Shown: positions 39,007 through 53,429 of the stretch, one piece after another
How the letters are laid out: the number at the start of each line of letters is the position of its first letter
Position numbering within the stretch: position 1 is the first letter of the stretch
Assembly: GCF_026210795.1 (NCBI RefSeq)
Contig: NC_089434.1
Span: 3,844,001 to 3,908,000 of the forward strand
Length of the DNA stretch: 64,000 nucleotides
Direction: 5' to 3'
DNA from: Rhizophagus irregularis
Lineage: Eukaryota
The notes under the pieces: generated by a model
The model's database searches: none
Seen by the model: the letters and a program-made list of their open reading frames with translations, nothing else
Told to the model about the DNA's origin: nothing
Program-made: the position numbers and the translations under genes

Positions 39007-40959
39007 TAAATTATTTAAAAAAGAGCTTAGAAAGGAAAAGGATTTTTATAAATTTGAAAGCTATAAAAATTGTGGCGAGAAAAAAGAGAAATAAGCTTAA
39101 TGAAGTTTTGTGTCCAAAATTATTAGTAATGATTTACAGTCTTATAATGTAGTGCAACTTACTAATATGGTTCTAGTAGTATCTGCATTCATGTTACACA
39201 TGTTACATACATCACGAGATGAAATTGTCACGTTATGTTTAACGTTGAAAAAAAAAATAATAATTTCTTAGTATTAAGTGATACATACAAGTAAACTTAT
39301 CACCAAGAGAATTTATTGGTTTCATTAGATTGAATAAAAAGAAAACAGGCGTAAATAATTGTTGAACTTACAAAATAAATTACTGGACTTTACTATGCCA
39401 TTGGAGCTGGAATTTAAGCAATGGAATCAGAGCCTCAGAGGAATATTAACCTGGTAAGTAATGAATAGTAATTTAGGTTATTATAATAAAAAAATAAGCG
39501 ATTAACTTAAAATATGGTAATGTTTTTTAAAAGAATAAAAATATTAATTAAGCCATATTAAATTAAAATATACATAATATACACGAAGAAAAAAAAAATT
39601 TATTAGATAAAAATTTATAAACTTACACATGACTCTAAATAATTTATACTATATATTTCAGTATAACAATATCGATAGCGATAAAGAATGAAAAAAGAAA
39701 AAAATTGGTTCAATGTAAAAATAATTTATTTGGTTCTCTATAATTATTAAAATATTAATAAAAAATAATTTACGTGGTACCTGACAAGGGGAAATTGTTA
39801 ATATTTTATGTTTTAAAAACAGTTAAATTCATGGGCGTGAAAGCGTATACAGTTTATTCTAATTTTTTATTAGTTTAACAGTATCCAAAATCAATTTAGG
39901 AACCGTTAGTAGGAGGTAATAAGAATGCTGCTGATAACATAATAATCTTGTGGACTACTTTGTTATTTACTTCTCGTTGCTATTTTTTTCATTACAATAT
40001 TATTCAATAATTAAATATTTCATCGAATTTATTATATATCTTAATTTACATTATAATTTTCATCGCAATTTTTTTGATTTGACAATTTGACTACGAAGGA
40101 AATTTTTGTAAGTACATTACGAGAAGCAAATTTTTCATTAATGTATCATCTAATCGAGTAGAAATACAAATATAATAAATATTCTTTCGATGATGACAGA
40201 GTAGAGCTCAAGTTGATTCATTCCATTAATCATTGTAATAACGTGCATAAAATCCTGATTTTGCAGTAAACACGCAATAATGATTGATTAGACTTTAAGG
40301 CTTGTAAGGATATATTCAAACTTTGGGTTTAATTAATACAAAGGAAAATATAATACTATTTTTTTTGGAAAAACTTATATTTAATTAATAAATGACGATA
40401 CTGTAGTTAATTTTAATGGAATTATTATCGCAGAATGTAGAGTTTAATTTTTTTAAAAAAAACAATATTAATTCCTTGACCAGAATCACTTATTAAAATT
40501 ATGTTAATAAGAGTTACGTAAAATTAGGTGGAGTACGATGTTATAACACTAATATAATCAAAAGAAAATAAGAAACTTCATTAGCCACTTTCACCCAACC
40601 ATCGGTTATCCTCAGGCCGGCCTCACTTGTAAAAATTACCACCAAACTAAGTATCGGAATCCGAATATAATTAATCTTTATATTTGATGTGGTATCACGT
40701 GAGCAGTTTCGTACGACATTGAAAAAATTTTTTTTATATGAAAGGGTTTTCATATAAAAAAAAAATTTTTTTAACGGTTTACGTTCAGGTTTTTTTTTGT
40801 GAAACTAAAAAATAAAATATTATTGGCAAGTTTCACTCATTCTTTATTATAAAATAAAACACACTTTCTTTTACTAACACTACAATATAAACTTGCAAAT
40901 CACAACGAGAATCACACTTTAAGTACTGAAGTAGCTTAATCAAGATTGTTCTTCAGGGA

Positions 40960-42155
40960 ATGGGACGTATTATAAGCGAGGATTTGAGGTAGAGGGTAGT
41001 GTATTTATTTTGTGACGGCTATAATTTACAAGAAATTTTACAACTGCTAAGAATCAGTATGGATATGCGTAACAAATCCATTTTTGCAAGTAGAAAGGAG
41101 AAAAATTTTAGTGGATCTGATATGAAGGTTGGTTATTATAATTATGTTATAAATAATAATTTTAAAATAAATTTTAACGTTAGTCTCGCTATTTTATTTT
41201 TTAGATTTACAAGAAATTATTAAAGAATGTCCTAATTATTTGGATGAAATTGTTGGAGAGATGATTAATAAAACTCTATACCACTCACTTTATGGAGATC
41301 TTTAAAATATTGTGGAATAACAAGAAAGAAGGTTAAGTATATATCGTATTTATCGTATATTTTAATTATTATTTATTAGAATTACTAATCAGTCTATTAT
41401 TACTATTTTTAAAATCTAGTTGGAAAAAGCCGCAAAGAAAGGAGTGAATTGCTAAAATCTGATTATATATTTACTATTGGCACAGAATATCAAGAAAAAC
41501 AATTGATTTTTTTGGATGATACTGCTAAATATGAAAGATCTTTATCACGAACTTATGGATATTCATTTAGTATGTCAAAAAGTAGTTTTTTGAGATGCGT
41601 TAGGTATACTATTTTACCTGCACTTACTTTAGATGGATTTATTGCATGTGATATTATGAGATGTAGCTGTTCTAAAGAGAGATATTGTTCTTTTGTTTAT
41701 CGTTTTATCTCAAATTGTAAGTATTTTTTTATTTTCGCGTTCGTACAACTTTGCGATCATGTTTGTGATCACGCTACGTTTGTAAGTGTATAGTTTTTTT
41801 GATGATTTAATTTCAGTATTGCTAATTTCTAGTTATTTTAATTTTATTTTAATTTTATAATTACCTTTTATGAATCCTTACCCTGGAAAGACCAGTGTAT
41901 TAGTGATGGATAACGCTAAATACACCATGATGAAGAATTGATCAATGTAATTAAAAAATGTTGGTTGTAGAATATTATTTCTTCCTCTATACTCTCCTGA
42001 TAGAATTAGCATTTCTACAGTAAATAGCTGGATTAAAAGAAATAAGGATTTTATGGAAACCTGTCCTGATCCTGAATTTGCTATTATAGCAGCATTTTCA
42101 CAGATAACGCCTATGATAGCGAAATCTTATTTTAAAAAATCAATTTACTTTCAAT
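40960..42155 (+). pseudogene. IS630/Tc1-mariner (DDE_3-type) transposase pseudogene with introns
   Basis: MGRIISEDLR*RVVYL (HTH), LIFLDDT, RYTILPALTLDGFIA, PYPGKTSVLVMDNA and RILFLPLYSPD; internal stops and frameshifts. Confidence 0.8.
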
Positions 42156-45100
42156 AAAAATAAATATAGAAAAGATTTTAAATTAATTATAGGCGAAAAT
42201 TTTTATTAGATACCTCATTTATTTGCAAAGAGCAAAGGATACATAATAAAGTGATCATTGATTTGAAAAAAAAAATTTATCACATTTTGTTAATAAACCA
42301 GCTATTATGCGTAATTTTTACTAATTTTTTTCTAATACCCATACTATTGATGCCTAATTTATTATGTTTTGGACTCTTTAGTCTATTTCATAATATTTAG
42401 TTTCACATTTCAGTTAATTTTTATAGGGTTTTTTTAGCAACTTCTGCTTATCAAATATCAAGATCTTATTCAAATTCTCAGACATTCTTCACCTTGGTCT
42501 TTTAGGTCCATTCCCTCAATTCATGATTGTCATCTTCATGTTCCTTAAATTGTACATATTGTACATGTTCAATTCTTATTCATGGTACCATTAACCAAAA
42601 TGCAAACCAATGTCTTTTCACAAGCTTTTACATTGTTTGATCTCTGCTTCCTATACAATTAATTTGTGAAGCATAATATTTTCCTTCCTTCCTTTAACAT
42701 TAATGTCTGACCTATATAATTTCTTCCTAAAATTTCTATAGACCTAAACTCTGGATATCCAAAAATAGCCCAATTCATCTGCCCAAAGTATTACCATTTG
42801 TTGGACCAGCATCCAAAAAGAGCTATTAAGCCAAAATTCAAACGTCCAGAAAGAGAAGAACATCCAAGATCAACTACCAATCACTAGAGTAATAAGCTCT
42901 ATTTTTTTTTACTACATTTTTTCCGTGAAATCACATGAGATCAGGGCTTTAAGCAGGCCTCAGAATGTAAGATATTAAATTGCCGCTTTTTATTTAAGTA
43001 CTAAGTTTCTTTACACAGAGATATTGTCATTTTGAAAATTAGAGAAACTGAAATATCTTCATCTAAGCTTTTTATGAGAGGTAATAAATACGTTTCTAAT
43101 TATATACTTCTGTGATTTTCTTAACTAGAAACCAGAATTATTTTTAATAAAACAGCTCAAATTATTGTTCTATTATTACCAAAATTTACTGTAGAGATTA
43201 AGCAATTTACATCATATTATTCATGGATTCATCACTTCAAATTCCAGAATTTTGTGCTCTTGACACCATTTTAGGAATTTTTCCATCATTTTTTTTAAAA
43301 AAAAATTTAGAATTTTAAAAGAAATTAAGAACTGATTATGAATATTTAAGTTTTTTAAATTTAGAAAAAAAGGGTTAAACTGTAAAAAAAATTTCTTTGA
43401 TTTTTTTTTTGTTTTAAGGCGAATTTTTCCATTTCCTGATTTGAGATTCTGTTGAATTTGAATTAATTATTTTTAAATTAAGTTCGCTAGTATGCCCAAG
43501 CAGTTGTAAAATGTTTATTAATATTAAAATATATGAGTAGCAAATCAGTGTTATATATATAAGTTGAATATTATAATTTATTGCAACATAATAATAAATT
43601 ATCTTATTATATTAAAAAATCTGTTAATTAAATTCTAAACATTAATCGGGTTTGTTGCAAATATCTAGAAAATGTTAACAATGCAAAATAAGCACATAAA
43701 TTTATTACACTGACTGGAAACAAATTTGGGAAACAATGTTCTATTTAATACTATATGTTATTACATTATTGAGGAAATGAAAGTGATATAAATGTAGAAT
43801 TTGTATTATTATTAGTCAGGTCTATTCTTATTTTCAATATACTTTCTTTATAATAAATTTGATTATTTGTATCTTTAAAAGTTTGTTAAATATCAAAGTT
43901 TATTTGTGTTTTTATTCCAATATATATAATATTAAAATTAAACATTTAATAATTCTTCTATTTTTTTCGGTCAGCAGTGTAAATGCACATCTCATCCAGG
44001 AGTGACCAGGACCAATGACACTAAAACATGAAGGCTTGAGTTACTATTGCTCAATGTATTAAGAGGTGTATTTATATTAATTATATTGAATTATGATATT
44101 AATTTACATCATCTATGTAACTGAAAATAACATCAAAGGAGTATTGAATTTAAAGCATCATTTACATTTGACCAAATTACCTTAAATAATTTACCCACTA
44201 GTGCACTTAGTCTTTTTTTTCTCATAATTGATTACTTTAGTATTTAAAAAAAATATTGGCTGATAATTAATATATTAAGCTTTATATGCTGATATGTGTG
44301 GCAATAATTTCTTTTTTTTATTCATAATTTTAAGTGAAATTGCAGTATTAATTTTCTCACATTCTATTTTAATATTAATAAATTTGCTTTATTTTCTTAT
44401 AATTTTATTATTTCATATAAATTAGATAATAATTGTTGTAATATATCCAAAATGTTATTTTACAAAGTGTAGGAAGTAGAGGAGAAAGATGAATCTGTCA
44501 TGTCTTCATCAGTGTCATGCTTGTATAAGATAGCCGGTACTTGAAAATATTTACTGGCAGGAACTTTCCAATTAAATGTGGCTATTTCGTTATCCTTCTT
44601 TAGTTGACCTTGACTTTCTTTTTTACCAATTTTTGATAATTTGTTCAATTTTTTTCTTTAATATATATATTGTTTATATTGTTTATTGAAAATTCTAAGA
44701 TTTCAGTTTTAATTCTGATGTTACCTACTAGTTAACAGTAGATTTTAAAAGTAATGCATGTGATTTTCTAGCTGTATCACCAGCATAAGACTTGGACACC
44801 TCTTTCATTAATAGAATATAATTGTTACAATGCTAATAAAGTTTATTGAGTTTTTGACCATGTTGTTTTATTAGAATATGATTCTGCAATATCATGTATT
44901 TAATTTTTAAATCTACATAAATCATGACTAAAATTTTAATGTTTTATGTTCCTTATTATAATCCTTTTAACAATTTATCAGCTTAATCCATTTTTTTTTT
45001 TTTAAGCATTATCAGCAAGGATTATCTGATTGATTTTCAGAATAATTATTAAGTAGATTCCAAAAAAACATATTTTCTATACACTAGTAGTTGAAATTGT

Positions 45101-45912
45101 GTGACTTAGGTATTGGTATTATTATAATTCAATTGATACTTGAAGATTTCAATGCTGCATAATGCATATAACTTCAGTTTGTAGAACAAAGTAAAAAATT
45201 TTAGCCATGTTGTCTTTAATGGATTTTTTTCCAATAATGCTTTGGATTAAATTTTATGTTGTATAATGATATTAGAAACATTAACTAAGCCACCTCAGGC
45301 CAGTAAAAAGAAAAATAGCTAAAGAATGGTTCAATATAAGGAATCAAATCAATTGATTCCTTAATCGACATAGCTTCCCTCTCATATTGTTACTTTTGAG
45401 TTAACCTCATGTAACTTAATAAATTCCAAGCATATGATTGGATTATGATCCTGGAAAGCAGTTTGACTTCAATCCTATACTTAGTGAGTTTGAGGATATT
45501 CCCATTGAATTGTTTGTTTTGATATAGATCCTAAAGGTGAGTGAGTTGAATTTAACAAATTTAATTGCTTTCATAAGTAGATTATCTGATTTGAGTCATT
45601 TAACTTTAAATAACACTTTAAATACATACACTGTATAGCATTGTATGTATTATTGAATTATATAATGTGAATATGTGATATTCTCAGGAAATCAAAAGCC
45701 CATACCAAAGAATAAGAATAATTAAAAGAATATAAAAATAATATATGAATAAAGAATAAATGATGAAGAGTGTAAAATAAATGCATTTGATTAATAAATT
45801 GTATACCAAGTACATCTACTATAGATGAAATATATTTCTATTTATACAGATTCCAAAAAATAAAATTCTCATTCTTTTTAAAAAAATCTTCACAATAATG
45901 TGGACGTGCTTC

Positions 45913-46101
45913 TTAGATTAAAAATGAACTTGGAAAGTATTCTGAAAATTTCCCATTAGAAGGATGGTCCCAAAGTAAAAGATTATCCAGATTTTTGATA
46001 AAAAGACCAGTGACCCTATATTTAGGTGGTATATTTGGGCAGATCCTGAACCCATGCCCATAATAAAAACAGGTATGGCAAGATGGAGACTGGTTTCTCA
46101 T
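45913..46101 (-). pseudogene. CCHC zinc-knuckle fragment (decayed gag/ORF1-like)
   Basis: CHTCFYYGHGFRICP fits CX2CX4HX4C; lies in CpG-poor decayed sequence. Confidence 0.4.
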
Positions 46102-47932
46102 TACCTAGCACAAATTTCAGATTTTTATCATGGATATAAAGACTAAAATGAATGGAATTGATGAAGGACTGACGTTAAAAACAGTTTGACTTCTTTTTTC
46201 AGAAGTGTGATTCTATCTACCACTGTTAGATCGTACATCCATTCTTTATATACAATGTCCTGTTCGCCATTAGATTTAAATTAATTTAAACATATTTATT
46301 TAAGTTGTAAAAAAATTTGAGATAAAATTTACTAACTAAATGATATTTATATTAGATTTTATAAGGGAAATATTTGCACGATATTTTAAAAATAAAATTT
46401 GGTAATTAGCATTGAAATCTCTCTCACTCTTACAGAAAAAAAGATGTCCAAACCAAGTAATGACAAATTATATAGAGTTTATCTTCAATTAAAGTTAATG
46501 CTCCTGAGAAAATATAGGAGTTATGGCCAATAGGTGTTAAAATAAATCTATATAATTATTTATGAAAATTACTATAAACTCCTTTTTCACTAATAAAATA
46601 TAATATGAAAATATAAATAAGAGTAGTTGTATATACTATTCATTATTCTTTTCAAGTTAATAAAATAAAAAGCATGTCAATGATTCCATCTTACTAACGC
46701 ATGAATGATATGATCTTAAATTACTGTAACTAATCCACCAAGGTGTAAGTACAAGTGATGGAATAAGATCATATATTATAACACTATTAATAATATAGCC
46801 CCTGAATAATGAATTGGGTGCATCTTCATTCTTCAATAAAGATATTTATGTCTTTCATTATTTTTTTTGCCTTAATGTGATTAATTTTCTCTTTCTGGAT
46901 TCACTAGTGGGCTGGCTGGCTTACTAAACATGTTTTGGATAAGTTTAACTGATTTCATGTAATATGTAAGATTTTATTTCTCTATATTTAGAGCATAAAC
47001 TCTAATAAATACTAAATACTTAATACTAAATTATTAAGCTTTCTTCAGTTTACATCTTTTATAAGTTTAATATAATCCATCATTTTCTTCTCATCACAAT
47101 TTTATTATATAACCTTTTTTGTAATGTGCAAATTAAATGTGAGCATTTAAAATAAGAGATTATACTTTTCCTTTATATCAGCTAAAGGTGAAAAATCAAT
47201 ATTAATGGGTAAATTGCTTCTGTAGGAAAAGTGTATTTAAGATCCATATTATTGATTTGTTCTGTTACACCCATAGATGAAAATAGGGTAACATGTATGC
47301 TGGATCTTCATCTTCAAAGGTCATCTTAACTTTAGATATAGCATCTAACTATTTTCCTGCCTTGCTGTCAATCATCTGTAGTGTCTGAATTATCATCTAT
47401 AGAAATAATTTTTTGGTCCCAACCTTCCTGACATACTGCTTAATGACTGATTCTAATGACCAATCTTACTTAGCATATATTTAATAATAAAATATTATTT
47501 TTTTGACAAAATATAGGTATAAATAATTTCTAATAATACTTTATTCATGTAGTACTTTTTATATTCTTAGTAATTGCCAGCAGATAAATACAGTTATTTT
47601 ATGTATTTCTTACATATAAAATTTCCTAAGAACGATTTTGATAAATGATCAATTTTTTTGGTTTTGATCAATTTCTAAAAAATTTTTTTAGGGCTTTAAT
47701 ATCCTTAATGGTTATATTATGAGCTAACATCTTGAGAAAATTTTATGACGTTTTCTTGATATATGTTTTATTCTCAAAATTGATATAGTTATTAAATTAT
47801 TGTAAACACTTGTGCAATTAGCATTTCTTTAATTTCTGAAAGTTCTATGAGCTCTTATCCTATAATGGTAATAATAAAAGCTTTGTTACTCTATAAGAAA
47901 AAAAATTAAAATATTAATTTTTTAGAACTTTC

Positions 47933-48074
47933 CACCGGGATTTTAGACACATACATGCCTTTACTGTTTTCCAACTAACCTATTACATGTATCAGTAATT
48001 AAATGTTTACTTGTTGAAAAACACTGTTCTGATGGAACACTAGTTGAAGGGATTGCTAAATAATCTCTTGCCAT
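47933..48074 (-). pseudogene. hAT transposase C-terminal dimerisation domain remnant
   Basis: Minus strand reads MARDYLAIPSTSVPSEQCFSTSKHLITDTCNRL...VKACMCLKS. Confidence 0.85.
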
Positions 48075-48477
48075 ATTAAAATTTTTCTTTAAAATATTCT
48101 GATAAGTGATCATTTTTTTAGTTTTGATCAATTTCCTAAAAAATTTTTTATAATACTATTGTGTAATTTTGTTCTATATCCAGTCAGATCTTTTCATTCA
48201 ACAAACAATGTTGTTGATAGTAATTACTTCATATTTTGAATAAAAGAGTTATCTTCATAGTTTTTATTTGTTCTATTAATAAAAATATTTGAAGTTTTTA
48301 AATCTATAATAAGAAAATAATCAAATTCTAATATTAACTTTGTATAATTTGATTTTGCTGAATTGTGAAATATGTTGACATAGCTAATGTTATATTAAAA
48401 ACACACTTTTTAGTCTTTGGTCAACAAAAAAATATATATATTCATTATTCTTTTTCAATGTTAATTATAACAATAAA

Positions 48478-48880
48478 AAACACGTTTAAATTAACATATT
48501 TATTATATGCCTTCATAGTTAAGAGAAGAAAGACATATTTAAAAACATGTTTAAGATCATGTTTAGATTAATATATTTTTATATGCCCTTCATAGTTAGA
48601 AGAAGAACATATTTAAAATCATGTTTAAAATTATGCTGAATTTAATATATTTTTATATGCCCTTCATAGTTAGAAGAAGAAGAACATATTTAAAAACATG
48701 TTTAAGATCATGTTTAAATTAACATATTTATATATGCCCTTCATAGTTAGAAGAAGAACATATTTAAAAATAAGTTTAAAATCATGTTTAAATTAATATA
48801 GTTATTATATGCCTTCATAGTTAGAAGAAGAAGTACATATTTGAAAAACATGTTTAAAATCATGTTTAAATTAATATAAA
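48478..48880. repeat. Tandem repeat, ~60-65-bp unit, about 6 copies
   Basis: tatatgcc(c)ttcatagttagaagaagaacatatttaaaaacatgtttaagatcatgttta repeated. Confidence 0.9.
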
Positions 48881-49889
48881 AGACATGTTTGAAATAATGA
48901 TGTATTTTTATCAATTTTAATATTTTCATTGGCACCATTATATGGAATTAGCACTTTGGTAGTAATATATTTGTTTGAGATTTCTTTAAACAAATGATAT
49001 TTTGCATTTCCAGAAAATTTTTTAATGAAAAAGTCCTTTTTTATAATAGTTTTTGAAAGGATAATTTGATGAATGTTTTTCAAATTTGTTCAGTTTTTTG
49101 GTTTGGAAAAATTTGAAATAAAGATGTTTTTTCTAATAAAAGAATGAATTTGAACATATTATTTAGAATTTCTTGGGTATTTTAGGATTTGAAAATGGGA
49201 AATATTGACATGATCATAAGCTTTGAATTGTTCCATGATGCTTTCCCTATTATTAGGTTGTAAAATAATAAGTTCTATCTAATTTATTATGCACTGTCCA
49301 TCTATAGTAAATTTTCTGAGATCCTGCTAGGATTCATAGTTGGTGTACCATAAGGATTTTTCTGCACTCATTTAAATATGGAATGAGGACATTATAATCA
49401 ACTGAAAGTAGGGTTCTTGAATATTAACTGAAGACATAATGTACTGATTTTCATTTCATGTTTTCATATGTTGTATGTGTTCATAAAAGACCTTAGAAAA
49501 ATATCATCGTTATTTTCATTGTAAATTATTTTACAATTTACTACTTCTTTTAAACATAGTATAAGTATACTTGTAGTTTGTAATTTATTAATCTCAAAGA
49601 ATATTAAATAGATTGATATATATGAAGTTTTGTGTTGAACATTAAATGTTTGGTTTATAAATCAAATATTGAATCCAATGCTAAATACTATGTATATATT
49701 TTATTTATCTATTTATTGATACTGATATCAAGTGTACAATAAAGTCATAAAGACTATTAATTATTTAAGAATTATTAAATCATGTTATCAGATTATAATA
49801 ATAGATCATGTGATTTTATAGTTAAGGAATGAAAATGTGGAGAGAAAAATAAAATACTTAGGAAGAAAAGAATGTTCAATTTATATCAA

Positions 49890-50278
49890 AATTAGTATTG
49901 GTTTGTGTCATGTATTTTTAATCATTTAGTGACACCAAAAGAATTTTGCCACATATAATAATATCAAAGCCAAAGAATTATTGTAAAATAAAACCATAGC
50001 CACAAAATCACAATTCAATTTTTCTATCAAATTGTAATTAACATTATTTTATAATTTATGTTGCTAAAAAAAAAAAGGCTTAAATTAGTATTGTTTTGTG
50101 TCACGTATTTTTGATCATTCAGTGACACCAGTGACACTAAAAGAATTTTGCCACATATAACAAACGTCAAAGCCAAAGAATTATTGTAAAATAAAGCCAT
50201 AGCCACAAAATCACAATTCAATTTTATTTATCAAATTGCAATCAAAATTATTTTATAATTTATGTTGCTAAAATAAAA
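49890..50278. repeat. Tandem direct duplication, ~190 bp x2
   Basis: gtgtca(t/c)gtattttt..gtgacacca..gaattttgccacatataa..ccatagccacaaaatcacaattca..tatgttgctaaaa occurs twice. Confidence 0.9.
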
Positions 50279-50866
50279 GGTTTGTTAAAAATCAGCCTTA
50301 TAAATTGAACCTTTTAATTATTCCATGAATAATCATATTAACTTTATTTCAGTAAAAATAATCATATAATAGTGCCATTTTAATATAAATAATATAAATC
50401 GAAATCAGAAAGCAAAGCTACCTATCCTTCTAAGCTCCTTCAAGTACGGCAACCAACAGCACACATACCACATACCATCCAGTAAAGACTGTATGACCAA
50501 CCTGGATTAACCACACGCAACTGAGATTTTGTGCTACATTGATAAAATAAAAAAAATAAAAAGATAAAAATATGATACCTGGATAAATAAGATAAATAGA
50601 TGGTAATTTTATCGCTCTGGACCCGTTTCCTAGTAATTATTAAACTATTATTAAACACACTTTTGTAAAATTAATTCCACTATTTGAAGAGAAATAATTC
50701 AGGCAGTTAATAAAGCATATACAACAATTGATTTTAATATTCACAAAGAAATTAAAGATGTTCATAAATAAGATGAATTTATACAACAATCAATTCTTGC
50801 TGAAAAATCTGAAGCAATAGGATTAAGTAATAAGGCTTATGAATGCAAAATAAAATTTTTTATAAT

Positions 50867-53429
50867 GGGGGACTCTTCCTGACGATCTTTCGGACAAAAA
50901 TTTTACGAAAGAAAAATTTTTAATTTTATTTACAAAACATATAACAAAATACATATTTTAAATAACAAATATGGAAGAAACTCTTAAACAATATTTGAAC
51001 GAGTACTATAGAGGCTTTACAGGTTTCGAGTTGGAACATATAGAGGACTTCACAAAATGTTTAAAAGAATATAAAAAATTTAACTTAGAAGAATACGAAA
51101 TTTCACACTTGGATAAAGATATGATATTTCCGCCAGGCGACATAAAAATTGGTGTCCGAGATGCAAGAACAACAAAAGGGAGCAATATATACAAAGATAC
51201 TTTAATGGATATCGCAATCTTTACAATGAAAATGGGTGGCGAAAACGTTAAAAGAATCTTGGAAACAATCCTTCTAGAAAATTCTCAAGCAGGCACGACA
51301 ACGGATAAAGAAGAAGGAACATTAACGGATAAAGAAGAAAAAGAAGAAAATAAAAAAAATTTTTTAAGACATTATCTATTACTTTTTTATAAAGACCTTA
51401 AAGGATTTGAAGAAAATCATCTAGATGATTTTACAAACGCTACAAGAAGGAATAGCAGAGTTAATTTAGCAGAATATGAATTAAAGTTTATGGAAAGAGA
51501 TTTAATATTTCAACCAGGAGAAATGGGAGAAGGCATTATAAATGGAAAAAGAAAAACGGGTAACGATATTATCAAAGATAATTTAATGGATTTCGCTACT
51601 TTTACAATGAAATTGGCTGCGGATACCACCAAAAAAATTTTGGAAATAGTATTCAATACCCTTCAGTCCCGAAACAGAGAAAAAAAGGCCGCAGTAGAAG
51701 AATTACAACAAATCAGGAACGAATCAAATTCTATGAGGGCTAAATACAATGAATACAAAGAAAAGATAGACAATTTAGAAAAGGAAAAAAAGATGGCTGA
51801 AGAACGAATAAGAAATTTAGAAAATGACATGCTAAATTTAAAAAATTCAGAGAAGAAATCATTAACGAGTGAGATTTCCACATCCAGTAAGCCGAAAAGT
51901 AAGACAAGAAGCCATGATCGACGCAGAAAATCAAAAAAAAGAAATCATCTACACAAGACATTAAAAAAGGGAAGATCACCGAAATTCCGGTTCAAACAAC
52001 TTCCGATGATGATTATCGGAAAAAACATTTTTCCGAAAGATCACGTGACCTAAAATTTTACGATTTTCCAGCCTATTGGAAGGATAATGAAATCTATGAT
52101 TCGCTAAAACAAATAGGATGTATAGAAAGATTAGAGTGTAAATGGAACTACAAATATAGGACTGTTCGAGCTAGAATTCGCCTCACAACAGAAATGGAGG
52201 AAATCTTCATCAAAGGTGGACCTAATATAGCGATCAAGAAAAAAGAGCAGACTTATTTTTTAGGATGTTTGACGCGAAAATGAGTACTACTGAAATCAAG
52301 AAAAAATATGAATGGCAAGCATATAAAAAATTTAATGATTTACCAGGGAGACCAGAACACGAGGGATTAAAAGAAGAAAACTTAAAATATGGTAGACTTT
52401 TTTCAAAAATTATCAAAATAAACAAAATTAAATACATTTTGATATATTTTAACAATGAAAAGGATTTAATGAAAGCAATTTACAACTCAACGATGGAAGA
52501 AATAAACATGGAAAATGGCTTGAAGATTAAAAGTCAAGATGAATTGATCGCTGAAAATGGAACATACAAAAAACGTTTCAGCATTAATAAATTCGCTATT
52601 CCACAAAAATCAAAGGACGGATTTGTTGACGCAACCACTGACTTAATCTCAACGGTTCCAAGAACGACAGAAGAACATGACGAGTTAGATAATTTAAATA
52701 ATAAATTTAAAGAAAGATTAGACGAATTAGAGACGACAACAGCCACGATACAAAGAAAGGGGAAAAAGAAAGCAACAGAGTTATTGGACGATGATGTTGA
52801 AGAAACAAAAAATGAAAACAAAAAGCGAGTAGTGCGAAAGCAGGGAGAAAGGGAAAATTCTGATACAGAATGAACAAATTATCCCCAAAATTCTTAACAA
52901 TTTTGAAAATTTATTTTAGAAGAGCAATACTGGAATTTGATCGAGTTTTTACCTTCTTAATAACAGAGAATTTGTTACAAGAGTTAATTTGATATTTTCC
53001 GCGGTAGTATAGTTTTTCTTTTTAATTTCCAAAATAGAATTTTATTTTGCTTTAAAATTTTTTTTTTCGCTTTTAATGTATTTTTACTATTTAGTTTTTA
53101 TTTGATATTTCTTCACAATTAAATTGATTGAATTAAAATAGTAAAGCCTCAAAACATATAAAAATAGCAAAAATTCAAAAACATCATAAAATACCGAATA
53201 GTAGCGTAGTTTACAAACAATAGAATTATAGAATCGAACACAATATCTTAGTTTAGATTTTATATTAATAATTATAGATAGATAAATACTCAGTTATAGG
53301 GTTTAGAAAGTCTTTGAACTTTCTTTGCTCTAGGTGCTTTCATATTTTTTTTGTTAAGATTTAAGATTTTAAATCGATTACAATCAATAAAGCGCGTTAC
53401 TGTTTTAAAAAAAAAAAAAAAAAAAAAAA
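50867..53429 (+). mobile_element. ORF1-only non-autonomous non-LTR retroposon (HAL1-like), full length
   Basis: Starts GGGGGACTCTTCC; AATAAA at 53386; A23 tail at 53407-53429; TSD aaaattttttataat at 50852-50866 and 53426-53440; no RT or endonuclease coding capacity. Confidence 0.88.
50971..52873 (+). CDS. ORF1-like protein (~634 aa if two homopolymer frameshifts are corrected): duplicated N-terminal domain, coiled coil, RRM-like region
   Basis: The 360-aa and 202-aa ORFs are bridged by an open frame KSSTQDIK...RDLKFYDFPAYWKDNEIYDSLKQIGCIERLECKW...EQTYF; shifts fall in A8 (51933-51940) and T6 (52256-52261). Confidence 0.75.
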
